64,000 bases of DNA. It comes from a virus. The notes below the pieces were generated by a model. That model was not told the origin of the DNA and ran no database searches. It worked only from the letters and a program-made list of their open reading frames with translations. Below are positions 27,364 through 37,747 of this stretch, piece by piece. The stretch is from IMG/VR virus record IMGVR_UViG_3300032163_000003, positions 32,001 to 96,000 of that record; one strand, 5' to 3'. The translations under genes were made by a program, and so were the position numbers. Every line of letters starts with the position of its first letter. The stretch's first letter is position 1.

Positions 27364-29883
27364 TCATTTTAAGAATCCAAACTTATAAACTCCCTCTCTT
27401 AATCGTTCACTAAACTTTTTATATAACTCATTAAACGTTTTTAACTCTTCTGGATAAATCTTCTTTAACATTGGTTTTAACTGAGCCCATCCAGAATCCC
27501 ACGCATTTAGGTGACACTCTTTATATTCTTCATGAAATGTTTGTCTTACAGACATAGACTTTCTAATTAACTCTTTTGCGTATTCTAAAATTCTTTTTGC
27601 GTCATCTGAAATATGAACTGTTTCTAGAAGTTTATATACATACCTATCTTCTGGGAATTGTTTGGAATCTTGATACATTTCATTAAATCCGCATTTATTC
27701 GCTAATTCTGACATCTCTTTGTTTGACATAAAAAAGAACTGGTTAAAGACTTTCCATAAATTATTTCTGTATGAAATATTTCTTAAACTAGATTGTTGGC
27801 TAGCACTTTCAAAAAGAGAGTAAATTATACAATCTAAATTCCATTGTTGATAATCTTTGTGATTGACATTTGGTTTTAAATATTCGTCATTAGAATTCGA
27901 CCAGTTATAGTAGAATGTTGATAACTTTCTTGCTGAGAATGCCGCTACAGTTTTTAGAAAATTTTCTTCGGTAATTGGGAATCCATTATATTCAACTGAG
28001 CCGGTTGCTGTAAGCATTGAAACTCGTAAAATACTTTCATACATTACATTCCCTGAATAATATAAAAATCCCAACTGATTTGGAAGACTTTTTCCTTTTC
28101 TTCCATCATCTGAAATAACTAAAGCACTTTTTAATCTTAAACCATCAGAAAACTTAAGACCTTTTATTTCTTCTCTAACCCAGTCAGCACAATTTTCTAG
28201 GGCATCAACATTGTATAAGATTTTCTTTCCTACGGTTTCTATTTCTCCAAATTTTGAAACGTCTTTTAGTTCAACCTCAAAAACGTTTTTTTCTTCACTA
28301 TTTCCTGATTCCCATACTGAAAACATTAATCCCCAATTTCCAGACACGTCGGCAAAATGGGAAGCATTGAATACCATTCCCCCTAAAAATTTAAACTTAC
28401 TTAAAAACTTACTTCTAAAATCTTTAAATGATCTGGTTGTTAGAAACGACGTTGGAGAAAAGAAAGCTATTTTTATATTTTCATTTTTGTACTGTTCTGG
28501 TAACTGTAGAATTCTGTATAAGAATTGAGCATATAGTTGAGAAGATGGAAGACCAAGTTTTTCTCTTAACATGCATTCATTTATTTTGTTTCTTGATATT
28601 CCAGATCTAGATTTTTTACTAATATTTTTACTTTTTAGCTCTCCGGCGGTTCCATACGGCGGATTCATTATTACTATAACAGATTTATTATCTTCTAAAT
28701 TTTTAACTAAACTTCCTGCAAATTTTCTCAACTTTTCTTCTTCAAATGTTGGTCTACCTTGATCCCAAACATCATCGTTTAAAAAGTCGTATTGAAAAGC
28801 TGGGGTTTTTTTATAATATCCCATATCATTAATTGTATCTACATCTCCATGCTCAAGAGTACATAGAAATAAATTTTCAATTGGATAATCTTTAGAAAGA
28901 TTTGCTGTTCCGCATCCAGGATAAAACCAAGTAAGATCGGTATAACAAGTTGATCCAAAAATTTTTGAAATCATTTTATGAATTTCATCTGCCCAGATCT
29001 TAGGTGTAAAGAAAGCTCCAGTTCGACGTCTATACAACTCTTCTAAAACTCTATCTTTACAAGAAGTTAGAATTCTCAACTCTTCAGATGTATAATCTTG
29101 TTTGAACTGAGAAAAGAAAGAAACAAACAGATTTGCGTTTACTTTAAATGAATCTCCTCTACAGATTAATGTATTCGCCTTTTTTGGATGCAAGAATACA
29201 TTATCTTTATCTGTTAAACAACTAAAGAAAATATCAACCAATCTACTTATTCTTTTATTTTCTTTAATCTCAGTTGGTGCTTTTCTTTCTGTAATAACGT
29301 TATCCTTAAAGTATGTGAAAATTGGGACAATATTAGTTGGGCTAATACTAATAGAAAACGTTTCACCAGAATAGATTGCTTTCATTTTTTCTACCACCTG
29401 AGAGAAATCAAAATTTTTATCAATATCATAAATAAATGGTTGAATTTCAATGTCCGTAGAAAGTTCTTTTACTAGATCTGGATACTTACCTGGAGCTTTT
29501 GATGGTGCTATGTTCCAATCTAAGTTTCTAGACAAATACTTAAAAATGGACTTGACTGAATTACAAAAACAACCGAACATATCACCTGCAAAAACTGAAG
29601 ATGGAAATCCAGTACCTTTCTCTTCTAGTTTCTTTAAGTAAAACAGAAGTTGAACAAGAATTTCTGCTTGGTTGATTTTTTCTTTTAAGTTAAATTTGTG
29701 TTTAAATTCCATTAAAAATACATAAGGCTCGGATTCGAGAAGTCCATCAACTTTATTTGGGGATGATATTGTTGATGGAAAGTAATGACTAAATGCTTGT
29801 CTATAAGCATTTTCTACATCTTTTTCACTCTTAGCTATTGACAAAGACTTAGCTAAATTTTTGTTCATACTTTTCTTTGTCAT
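27364..29883 (-). CDS. Type IIG-like restriction-modification fusion (N-terminal nuclease-like domain plus amino-methyltransferase)
   Basis: VDGLL...LMEFK; GAFFTP; PGCGTAN (motif I); NPPY (motif IV). Confidence 0.75.
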   Translation of the reverse strand: MTKKSMNKNLAKSLSIAKSEKDVENAYRQAFSHYFPSTISSPNKVDGLLESEPYVFLMEFKHKFNLKEKINQAEILVQLLFYLKKLEEKGTGFPSSVFAGDMFGCFCNSVKSIFKYLSRNLDWNIAPSKAPGKYPDLVKELSTDIEIQPFIYDIDKNFDFSQVVEKMKAIYSGETFSISISPTNIVPIFTYFKDNVITERKAPTEIKENKRISRLVDIFFSCLTDKDNVFLHPKKANTLICRGDSFKVNANLFVSFFSQFKQDYTSEELRILTSCKDRVLEELYRRRTGAFFTPKIWADEIHKMISKIFGSTCYTDLTWFYPGCGTANLSKDYPIENLFLCTLEHGDVDTINDMGYYKKTPAFQYDFLNDDVWDQGRPTFEEEKLRKFAGSLVKNLEDNKSVIVIMNPPYGTAGELKSKNISKKSRSGISRNKINECMLREKLGLPSSQLYAQFLYRILQLPEQYKNENIKIAFFSPTSFLTTRSFKDFRSKFLSKFKFLGGMVFNASHFADVSGNWGLMFSVWESGNSEEKNVFEVELKDVSKFGEIETVGKKILYNVDALENCADWVREEIKGLKFSDGLRLKSALVISDDGRKGKSLPNQLGFLYYSGNVMYESILRVSMLTATGSVEYNGFPITEENFLKTVAAFSARKLSTFYYNWSNSNDEYLKPNVNHKDYQQWNLDCIIYSLFESASQQSSLRNISYRNNLWKVFNQFFFMSNKEMSELANKCGFNEMYQDSKQFPEDRYVYKLLETVHISDDAKRILEYAKELIRKSMSVRQTFHEEYKECHLNAWDSGWAQLKPMLKKIYPEELKTFNELYKKFSERLREGVYKFGFLK

Positions 29884-29914
29884 TTCTCCTCCTTTGTGGT
29901 AAGATTATTTCTTA

Positions 29915-30688
29915 TCAAATGAATTCCTTGACTATACTCTTCGCAAATCCCTCAAAGTAAAACTTCCAATAATGGTCACGATCTATATCGCCAGCATCCA
30001 TCACTCTCGCCATCGTCTTAGAGATCCTCGTGGGTCCATATCCTTTTAACATCACAGATCCTTCTTTGTCATCCTCCGGTACATAGTACAATAGAGAATT
30101 TTTAGAAGTAAAAACCTCTTCTCGGATCTTCTGTAATGACTCAAATACCGCCCACTTACTCAGAAAGTTTATTTTAAGAATTTTGGCAAAAATTTCATCA
30201 ATCATTTCATACCTTTGGGGTACCCCTTTTATGGAGATCTCACTGTTCTGGTAAAGTGCCAAGAACTTATCTCGGTTAAAGGACGACAGAAAAGTTTGAA
30301 TGATTCCCCGCAGTTCCAAAGGTAAAAATTCGTCAGTTCCAACCATCGGTTTCGACACGATTATACCATCATACTGTCTTAAGATCACCGACGATTCATC
30401 AATATTATTTCTCGTCAGATACTCGTTTATTGTTGATTCCGTTATTGTCCTCAGCATGGATGTTAGATTTGGATTGTCTCGCATTAGTAGCCCGATTCGA
30501 ATATTTCTTTGCTCTTTATTATTCGGGTCAAGACCAGATAAGTCTACTCCAAGTCCTTTTAGAATATTGTAGTGACAAGATGATACGTCGTATAGAAATA
30601 AATCTCTTAAGAAAAGTTTCTCACTATTTATTTTCATTTCGGTTTTGGATCCAGTGTTCTTGCAAATTCTGGTGTATGACCATACCAA
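29915..30688 (-). CDS. Divergent family-B DNA polymerase-like palm-domain protein
   Basis: YDVSSCHY (motif A-like), QYDGII (motif C-like), IKGV. Confidence 0.45.
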   Translation of the reverse strand: MVWSYTRICKNTGSKTEMKINSEKLFLRDLFLYDVSSCHYNILKGLGVDLSGLDPNNKEQRNIRIGLLMRDNPNLTSMLRTITESTINEYLTRNNIDESSVILRQYDGIIVSKPMVGTDEFLPLELRGIIQTFLSSFNRDKFLALYQNSEISIKGVPQRYEMIDEIFAKILKINFLSKWAVFESLQKIREEVFTSKNSLLYYVPEDDKEGSVMLKGYGPTRISKTMARVMDAGDIDRDHYWKFYFEGFAKSIVKEFI

Positions 30689-30834
30689 TTTTCTCGACGA
30701 CTTACTGCTACATCAAAGGATTTTAAGCAACCCGTTAAAAATTGAGCAAGAATAAAATCTGGAGTGTCTGATCCATTTTCCTTGCTATATCTATTAATTA
30801 AAAACTCCAGTTCCTTTTTAAACGTTACTTTCAT
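30634..30834 (-). CDS. Conserved phage hypothetical protein
   Basis: INRYSKENGSDTPDFILA motif. Confidence 0.6.
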   Translation of the reverse strand: MKVTFKKELEFLINRYSKENGSDTPDFILAQFLTGCLKSFDVAVSRRENWYGHTPEFARTLDPKPK

Positions 30835-31189
30835 TTTTCTTGTCCTCTATTCGTCTCAAAAGTTTCCTACGTTTTTGTTCCATCACAATTCCATCTGTTC
30901 CAAAAATATTACCTTCTGTGATTAATTTTCGAACTAGTTCTGTTAGTTGTCCTAGAAATGGAAGATCACAACCAGCAGGTCGAGAACCGGTAATTCTACT
31001 TACCCAGTCTATCTTTCCTGTTCCTTTACATTTTGGGCATAGAAGGTAGTAGTATTCTTTCTTTTCTTTCTCTTTTTTTCTGCTGTCCCAACCTAGTACA
31101 GTCATTCGTCCAGGACCACATCCTTCCCCAGAACATAGATTACATTCTTCAGTATTGATTTTCATATGGTTCACCAAATGCCCAGTCAT
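30818..31189 (-). CDS. DnaJ-type zinc-finger family protein
   Basis: MKINTEECNLCSGEG...CPKCKGTGKIDW. Confidence 0.7.
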   Translation of the reverse strand: MTGHLVNHMKINTEECNLCSGEGCGPGRMTVLGWDSRKKEKEKKEYYYLLCPKCKGTGKIDWVSRITGSRPAGCDLPFLGQLTELVRKLITEGNIFGTDGIVMEQKRRKLLRRIEDKKNESNV

Positions 31190-31415
31190 TTCCTGTACTC
31201 ATAATGAAAAAACCATACCCAGTTTCCTTTTCCCACCTTTTAACTAATGTTGTCATAAACGGAACTTCTCTTGGATCAAAAGATCTGGTAACTTTCTTTA
31301 CCCAATCTATTTCACCAAAACCACAGCAACTCTTACATCTATAGATTGTACGTTCTTTTTTGAATACATATCCTCTGCCGTTACATTCTTTACAATCTTC
31401 AGTATTTATTTCCAT
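31149..31415 (-). CDS. DnaJ-type zinc-finger family protein
   Basis: MEINTEDCKECNGRG...CKSCCGFGEIDW. Confidence 0.7.
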   Translation of the reverse strand: MEINTEDCKECNGRGYVFKKERTIYRCKSCCGFGEIDWVKKVTRSFDPREVPFMTTLVKRWEKETGYGFFIMSTGNDWAFGEPYENQY

Positions 31416-31642
31416 TTTGTTTTCTTCCAGTCGTAAAGCGTTATTGTATTAGTTTCATAATACCTATCAAGTAACTGAGAATCGGATGGAAATCTTCTTT
31501 CTCTATTTGGTCCAACAACATTTTCTAACCAATCTAATCCTCCGCAGCCAAGACATTTTGGACATCTTCGAAGAACTTTCTTGCGACTTAACAAATACCC
31601 TTTTCCGTTACATTTTTCACAGTCTTCAGTGTTTATTTTCAT
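31406..31642 (-). CDS. DnaJ-type zinc-finger family protein
   Basis: MKINTEDCEKCNGKG...CPKCLGCGGLDW. Confidence 0.7.
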   Translation of the reverse strand: MKINTEDCEKCNGKGYLLSRKKVLRRCPKCLGCGGLDWLENVVGPNRERRFPSDSQLLDRYYETNTITLYDWKKTKWK

Positions 31643-31645
31643 TTC

Positions 31646-31906
31646 TCACTCATATTTACTTACTCGGTAAGTAACTACTTTTCTAAGGAACTTTTCTTCT
31701 CCACCATTGTCTATTTCATATAGTCTAATTAACTGATCCGAACTTGGTATTCTTCCGGTTCTTTTTGGTCCAACAACTACTTCTACCCAATCCAGCTCTC
31801 TCTTTCCATAACATTTTGAACAACGAGTAATAGTATTTTCTTTAACTATTAAATATCCTTTTCCGTTGCATTTTCTACACTTTTCTCTTTCTTCGTAATT
31901 TTTCAT
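31646..31906 (-). CDS. DnaJ-type zinc-finger family protein
   Basis: CRKCNGKG...CSKCYGKRELDW. Confidence 0.7.
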   Translation of the reverse strand: MKNYEEREKCRKCNGKGYLIVKENTITRCSKCYGKRELDWVEVVVGPKRTGRIPSSDQLIRLYEIDNGGEEKFLRKVVTYRVSKYE

Positions 31907-31915
31907 ATCTTCTCC

Positions 31916-31948
31916 AAAAGTGGACGTCCAGATTTCTCCAGACGCCCA
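31916..31948 (-). terminator. Intrinsic terminator
   Basis: GGGCGTCTGGA-GAAA-TCTGGACGTCC followed by ACTTTT. Confidence 0.65.
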
Positions 31949-31954
31949 ACTCGG

Positions 31955-32710
31955 TTATTGTTTTGTCAACATAAAGATAATTACTGAATCTATCATAACA
32001 AGATGATTTGTATCCCTTGTAATTTTAATTCTTTCTGCAAACCAGTCAAACAAGTCTTTCTTTGTTTTGATCTTACTTACATCCGCTTTCATTAGTTGTC
32101 TATATAAAATTTGTATTCCTTCAATATCGACGGGTTTTTCCAGTTCCTTCGCAATACGTTCAGGATCTGTGAAAACATATTTAATTCCTTTATCTTTATT
32201 CTTAATCTTTGTTTGAAAATAAGGAATTAATTTACCTTCAATATTGAGGCAGTATGATATAATGAGTCCAGTTTTAATTCGATAAACTTTTAATGTAACT
32301 CCTTGAACTTCAGTCTCCATAATCGTAGTGTAAATACCGTCATTGAAAACATCGAAATACATTGGTTTGCTATCGAGAATTGGAACGTGAGATGCATTCC
32401 TAAATAAGAATAAATCTCTAGTTGTTTCGTTCTTTTCTACTGATACGCAAATTGTATTTCTTGAATTTACTTTGTCAATGACCATTTTTACAGATTTGAC
32501 TCTTGGAGCAATTTCGTTCTTGTACTTCTCAATCCAATCAACAAACGGAACTGTTCGAAGATCATAACCTAATTGTCGAACCTCTTCTTCCATCTTTATT
32601 TGTTCCTCTTTTGGAAGTTCTGGTTCTTTTGGAGTTAGATCTTCTTTTGGTTTAGATTTGTGTTTGATTGATGTGTCTTTAATCAACTCAGATAAATTTT
32701 CTGTCATCAA
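31955..32710 (-). CDS. Hypothetical protein
   Basis: 251-aa ORF with SD GGAGG. Confidence 0.6.
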   Translation of the reverse strand: MMTENLSELIKDTSIKHKSKPKEDLTPKEPELPKEEQIKMEEEVRQLGYDLRTVPFVDWIEKYKNEIAPRVKSVKMVIDKVNSRNTICVSVEKNETTRDLFLFRNASHVPILDSKPMYFDVFNDGIYTTIMETEVQGVTLKVYRIKTGLIISYCLNIEGKLIPYFQTKIKNKDKGIKYVFTDPERIAKELEKPVDIEGIQILYRQLMKADVSKIKTKKDLFDWFAERIKITRDTNHLVMIDSVIIFMLTKQ

Positions 32711-32728
32711 CGGAATACCTCCAACTGT

Positions 32729-33100
32729 TTAGTTATCGTCTGTCACTTTTATCCTGATCTTTTTAAATCCGTGGCTTATTTCTACATTCTCTGAATCTAC
32801 TAACCAATGAAGATATAGAGCTTGCATATAGTGAGGAATATCATCAACAGCATAATTAAACATAGAAGTGTAATCTTCTACTTGGAACCAACCATCACTT
32901 GTCTTTGTCATTTTGCATCCATCCCAAAAATGCATTGACTGAGATGTTCCCCATTCCCCAGCTTTGTACTCCTCTATGTACTTATTAAACTCTTCTCTAA
33001 ATTCTTCAACTGTTTTATGTTTGGATTTAATAATTAAGAAGATAGACGCAGAAGAACTATTTGTCACAAAATCTAATTTGCTTTTCATCCGTCCATCCAA
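32729..33100 (-). CDS. DFVTNSSS-motif protein
   Basis: MKSKLDFVTNSSS. Confidence 0.65.
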   Translation of the reverse strand: MDGRMKSKLDFVTNSSSASIFLIIKSKHKTVEEFREEFNKYIEEYKAGEWGTSQSMHFWDGCKMTKTSDGWFQVEDYTSMFNYAVDDIPHYMQALYLHWLVDSENVEISHGFKKIRIKVTDDN

Positions 33101-33471
33101 CTTTCAACGATTGATTCAATTTGGTTATTTATCCCAAGTTCTTTAAATTTGACTTGAAGATTTTCTTTAAACTGTTTTAATGTTTCATCTTCTTTCATTG
33201 AGAAGGGAGACCTGCCAATATAAATTCCACTCCCATCGTAGTCAGAATGGGTATCAAGATCAAACTTTGATAGTAGCTCACCTATTACATATGTGAGACC
33301 TTCTTCCAAATCTTCTGTTACGTCTTCTGTTACGTCTTCTTTTTCTGCCAATTCTTTTATTTTTGTCATCAATGTTTCATTTTCACGAATCTGCGACTCG
33401 TCTAAATAAGTTCCCCACATTACTACGCTTGTAGATGAACTATTCGTTACAAAATCCAACTTATGTTTCAT
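33085..33471 (-). CDS. DFVTNSSS-motif protein
   Basis: MKHKLDFVTNSSS. Confidence 0.65.
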   Translation of the reverse strand: MKHKLDFVTNSSSTSVVMWGTYLDESQIRENETLMTKIKELAEKEDVTEDVTEDLEEGLTYVIGELLSKFDLDTHSDYDGSGIYIGRSPFSMKEDETLKQFKENLQVKFKELGINNQIESIVESWMDG

Positions 33472-33986
33472 TAAATCCTCCTAGCTTTGAAATACAGTTT
33501 GTGCATAATGGATAAAAAATTGTAGATGTTAACGGGGAAGAAAGCTTTTCAATACAATGAAGTTTGTTTGGTTTTATTTCATTCCCGCACATAAAACATA
33601 AAATTCCTTCCAATTCTATTGAAGGAAATAACAGTATCTCACCCTGGCTATCAGTCTGTTTTTGTGTCTCTGCTATCATCTTTTCCTCCATAGGGTTCGA
33701 AAGTGAATTTTTTCTTTTTCATGTCAAGGTATGTAACTAAGTATTCTGTTCCCTTGAACATGAAAGTTCTTCCGATTAGAGGAAGGTCAGAATCAGTTAA
33801 ACACTTACATGTGAATCTTAGCTTCCCAATATTAATATATATAACTTCATACTCATTTCTTTCGATTAGAAATTTTTCTCCGATCAAGGGGATTTCAATC
33901 TTTTCTTCTGGTGGTCTAAGATCAATTCCTTTTCTCTTTATATCTTCCATAACATGTTCAGAAACAATGTCGCTATAACTTTTTGT

Positions 33987-34352
33987 TCATTCATTTTTCT
34001 CTTCTTTCTTAATCCACTTTTCTTTAACTCCTTCGGACCTCCACTCTTCTGGATTCATTGCTAAGAAAATTTCTAAAGCAGCTCCTGTTAACGCAAAAAC
34101 TTTTATCAAATGTTCATACGTTCTAATTGGAAAAGAACTCATAACCGTAGATTCATTACAATGTTCGAACCAAGGAGGTTTATTCGGAGTCCAATCATAT
34201 ACATACGCTTTCTTTGCTTTCTCTAAATATTCTTCTATGAAAGTTAAGAAACTAGCAATATTTAAAGTATAATTTAATCTGTAATCACCGAAGGCTTCTC
34301 TTTGATATTCCCTTTCTTTCTTGTACACTTCAAATAGTTCTTCTACTGTCAT
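33987..34352 (-). CDS. MazG-like all-alpha NTP pyrophosphatase-like protein
   Basis: EREYQ...FIEEYL...LIKVFALTGAALE pattern. Confidence 0.4.
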   Translation of the reverse strand: MTVEELFEVYKKEREYQREAFGDYRLNYTLNIASFLTFIEEYLEKAKKAYVYDWTPNKPPWFEHCNESTVMSSFPIRTYEHLIKVFALTGAALEIFLAMNPEEWRSEGVKEKWIKKEEKNE

Positions 34353-34698
34353 CTACACCTCCACCCGTTTTTCATTTTCTTTCTTTCGTTCTAAGTAATA
34401 TTCTAAACCACCCCAAAACTTCAACCATCCCATCGGTTTTTTTGGACTTGCAAAATCGTCCATCAATGTTAACGATACATTTGGAATTTCTTTTATTACT
34501 TGATATCTTCCTCTTCCTATCGTTTTTAGATATCCAGCTTTTTGTAGAATCAGTCTATAAGTGTCTCTTGAATCTAATCTATACCTTCCAAATCGTTTAA
34601 CATTATTAAAAAACCCTTTTCTGGTTACTTCTTGATTTACTTTAGTATTAAAGAATTTGATAGTTTCTCGCCATATGTTGTAAGGATTCTTTTTCTTT

Positions 34699-35559
34699 TT
34701 ATAAGAACTTACTTCCGTTGAATCCACCTTGTACTCCTTTCCAGCATGTAGCTATAGCATTTGAAGTATGAATATTTTCTTCATGCACACATCGAATAAT
34801 CCAATCAAAGATTAATTCTTCTTGATTCAAAGCATTACATATTCTTCTTATTGAATCTTCTACAAATTGCATATTTGATGCAGCGATCCTAGCCACATCT
34901 TGTTCGTCCATTCTTCTCAATAGAGGATAAACTTTATTAGATACAGAATTTTCAACTAATTCTATTAGAGTTTCTAACCAAACAGTATGTTCTGGTTTAA
35001 CTTCGACTAGTAATTCTGCATAAGCTCTTTGAGCATGAGGTATCCCATTTAGTCCTTTCTCTTTCAAATCGTTACATAATGAAAAACTACAAGGACAATA
35101 TGATGCATAAGGAACACGAACCTTTTGGGTAAATCGAAAATCATCGTAATCTAATCTTCCTGTAAAAGAACATTGATAATATTGTGGAAATACTAAATTA
35201 GATTTGGGTGCTTTTTTATTTAAGGGCATTTCAAATTCGAATTTGATTAGACTGTGATTAGAATTAGTTTCTACAGCCGTTTTAAATTCTTTGAGAATAT
35301 GTTTAATCAAATTATGTTTTAAAGGTTTATCTAAGTAGTTAGAAAGAGTTCTTAGAAGTTGAGACATCGAGATTCCTTTTATCTTAGGATCTAAGTCAGT
35401 TACCATTTCAACTTTAGATACCATTTCATGTGTTCCACCATATAAAGAATCAAGTTTAAAAGGGACTGATACATTAGAAACGCCTACTTGGTTGATGTAA
35501 ATTGGATAGTTTGAAGTTTCTGAATGTTGGATATCTGGAAGATTATCAATATCATTCAT
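34699..35559 (-). CDS. folE2: GTP cyclohydrolase I type B
   Basis: LPDIQ, INQVGV, KGISMS, YCPCS, PHAQR, FVEDSIR, ENIH. Confidence 0.9.
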   Translation of the reverse strand: MNDIDNLPDIQHSETSNYPIYINQVGVSNVSVPFKLDSLYGGTHEMVSKVEMVTDLDPKIKGISMSQLLRTLSNYLDKPLKHNLIKHILKEFKTAVETNSNHSLIKFEFEMPLNKKAPKSNLVFPQYYQCSFTGRLDYDDFRFTQKVRVPYASYCPCSFSLCNDLKEKGLNGIPHAQRAYAELLVEVKPEHTVWLETLIELVENSVSNKVYPLLRRMDEQDVARIAASNMQFVEDSIRRICNALNQEELIFDWIIRCVHEENIHTSNAIATCWKGVQGGFNGSKFL

Positions 35560-35563
35560 TTTT

Positions 35564-36277
35564 TTAACTCCTCATTAAAATTTCTATATCTTTTTTTAGT
35601 TGTTCTAACGACGGGACTATATCCCGATTTTTTAGGCCTCCATATCTTATAAATTTCCATCCTTGCTCTTCACATCTTTTCTGTCTTTCTATATCTTTTT
35701 TGGGGTCTCCCAATGGACCTTCATGATAATACCACCCATCATACTCAACTACAATTTTATGTTCAAGAATCACAGTATCTAAACTATAATTTAAAAATGG
35801 ATAATTGATAATTATAGTTAGGTTAGGAAATAATAATTCAACGTTCTTACAAATTGTAGATTGTGGAATAGAAGGATTTTTAATAAAACTAAGAGCATGT
35901 GAAGCTCCACCATTTTTCATCCGATGTCTTAGATTTTCTTTTCTTTTTTGGTTGATTCTCCAAGATTTTATTTGACTATCTATACATCTGTTCCTTACCT
36001 CAAGATCTTTCCAAGACTTCTTATGTGATTTTGATTGTTTTTCTTTTACATCCAGTTTATTTTGAATTTTTCTTTGTATTTTAGACATTTTTCTTTTCAT
36101 TTTTGGAGTATTAAGAAACTTCTTTCTGATTTTAGATAACTTATCTTTTACTTTATTCAAAGATTTTGAATTCTTTTTCCTTAAAACTGGACAAGAATTT
36201 TTACTCTCGCTGCAGCACCACTTACCATTCCCAAACTGTTTTATTGCTTCTTGACCACAACCATAATTACATAACAC
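35564..36277 (-). CDS. Putative homing endonuclease: CxYGCG module plus Vsr-like nuclease
   Basis: MLCNYGCGQEA..WCCS; YSLD..VEYDGWYYH..GWKFIRY. Confidence 0.75.
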   Translation of the reverse strand: MLCNYGCGQEAIKQFGNGKWCCSESKNSCPVLRKKNSKSLNKVKDKLSKIRKKFLNTPKMKRKMSKIQRKIQNKLDVKEKQSKSHKKSWKDLEVRNRCIDSQIKSWRINQKRKENLRHRMKNGGASHALSFIKNPSIPQSTICKNVELLFPNLTIIINYPFLNYSLDTVILEHKIVVEYDGWYYHEGPLGDPKKDIERQKRCEEQGWKFIRYGGLKNRDIVPSLEQLKKDIEILMRS

Positions 36278-36301
36278 TTTTCTTCCTCCAATATACTAGT
36301 T

Positions 36302-36313
36302 TATTATTTATTC
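36302..36313 (-). promoter_or_regulatory. Candidate late promoter variant GAATA-N5-TA upstream of HEG
   Basis: GAATAAATAATA. Confidence 0.35.
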
Positions 36314-36336
36314 CCATTATCGATTTTTCTTTCTTT

Positions 36337-36545
36337 TAAAAAATCCCCAACCAAGGTCTCTCGTCAACATATCTTCCTCCGCCCATCATATTATCTAACC
36401 AGTTTAACTTTCCAGCTCCATGACATTTTGTGCATTCTGCAAGTGCCTTATCTTGGATTGTTTTTATAGTAACTCTCCACAAAACACCTTCTCCATGACA
36501 ATTGTTATATAAAACTTCTTCCTCTTCTAGAACTACTAGTTGACA
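36337..36545 (-). pseudogene. Degenerate DnaJ-type zinc-finger family copy
   Basis: Manual translation YNNCHGEG...CTKCHGAGKLNWLDNMMG; first Cys replaced by Tyr; no canonical start upstream of the motif. Confidence 0.5.
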
Positions 36546-36611
36546 TGTAAATTGATTGAATGTTCCTTTTATCTTTTTCTTTTTAGTCGTTTGTATCGAG
36601 GGAAAAGATAG

Positions 36612-37361
36612 TTAGTTTTCTCCTTTTGTTTGGTCCATCCCACAGACATTTTCTTTATCCTCTAGCAACTTTTTAATATCTTCTTTTACTTGATCTAGAG
36701 TTGGAAATTTCTGAAAAATATTGTATCTTAAGAACTTCCATCCCTCTTCTTCAATTTCTTGTTGTCTTCTCTTATCGTATTCTTTTCGATCTTCTTTGTA
36801 AAAATGATACCAACCATCAAATTCTAAAATAATTCCTAAACTAGAATCAGCTATATCTACAACATAATTTCTTTTTCCTTTTCCTCTATAAATAGGAAAT
36901 TTATGAATTGGTCGTGGAAGAAGTGTACAAGTCATATAGAAAAGTTCGTTTTCTGGTTTAGAATCATCTGAAATACAAGAACACATATAGACCGCTTGCC
37001 AATCCTTCATTCGTTTTGATTGTCTCTTCCTGCTTTCTTTCGTTACGAAACTAGCTGTGTAACTCGCTCCTCCATTTTTCATATATTCTGATTGAATTCT
37101 ACATTCCTCGTGAGTTTCTTTAGTTCTACCAGTTATTTTTTCTGCTTGAATTCTTCTTCCTTCATGGTTCTCTTTTGTTCTTCCTATAAGTTTTTCTGCT
37201 TGTTTCTTTCGTCCTTCGTTATTTTCTTTCGTTCTTCCTCTTTTTGGGTCTCCTGTTCTTTTCTTTATTACTGGACAAGAATTCTGACTCTCACTACAAC
37301 ATCGTTTGCCATTCTTTAACGTATGCTTCCCTTCTTGTCCACAACCATATTCACAAAGCAT
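36612..37361 (-). CDS. Putative homing endonuclease: CxYGCG module, GRTKEN repeats, Vsr-like nuclease
   Basis: Three 18-aa GRTKE repeats; VVDIA..LEFDGWYHF. Confidence 0.75.
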   Translation of the reverse strand: MLCEYGCGQEGKHTLKNGKRCCSESQNSCPVIKKRTGDPKRGRTKENNEGRKKQAEKLIGRTKENHEGRRIQAEKITGRTKETHEECRIQSEYMKNGGASYTASFVTKESRKRQSKRMKDWQAVYMCSCISDDSKPENELFYMTCTLLPRPIHKFPIYRGKGKRNYVVDIADSSLGIILEFDGWYHFYKEDRKEYDKRRQQEIEEEGWKFLRYNIFQKFPTLDQVKEDIKKLLEDKENVCGMDQTKGEN

Positions 37362-37672
37362 TTTAAGATTCCTCTGATAAGTATCTAATAATTTCTTCTT
37401 CTACTTTATCCATATATGAAATATCAATATCTCCAATTTCATGTTCTCTATCTTCTGAACAATAGAAGACTACATATGGACCATCTCCTCTGGGCTCCCA
37501 GGAATCGTTATTGTCATCTCGAACTATTTCTCCATCTTCAATCCTAAATGACATACAAGGTTTAATATAGTCCACTGCAACGTCCGCGCCACATTCTTTA
37601 CATTTCTTTGTTTCTATCATTTTTTACTACTCCTTACTACTAGTTTTGTTTGTGTTCTCATCTTCCCTTCAG

Positions 37673-37747
37673 AGGCGGCAGAGGGACTCGAACCCCCGAT
37701 GTCGGTTTTGCAGACCGATGCTTTAAAACCACCTTAGCTATACCGCC
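37673..37747 (-). tRNA. tRNA-Cys(GCA)
   Basis: TCGGT-CTGCAAA-ACCGA; U73. Confidence 0.9.
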
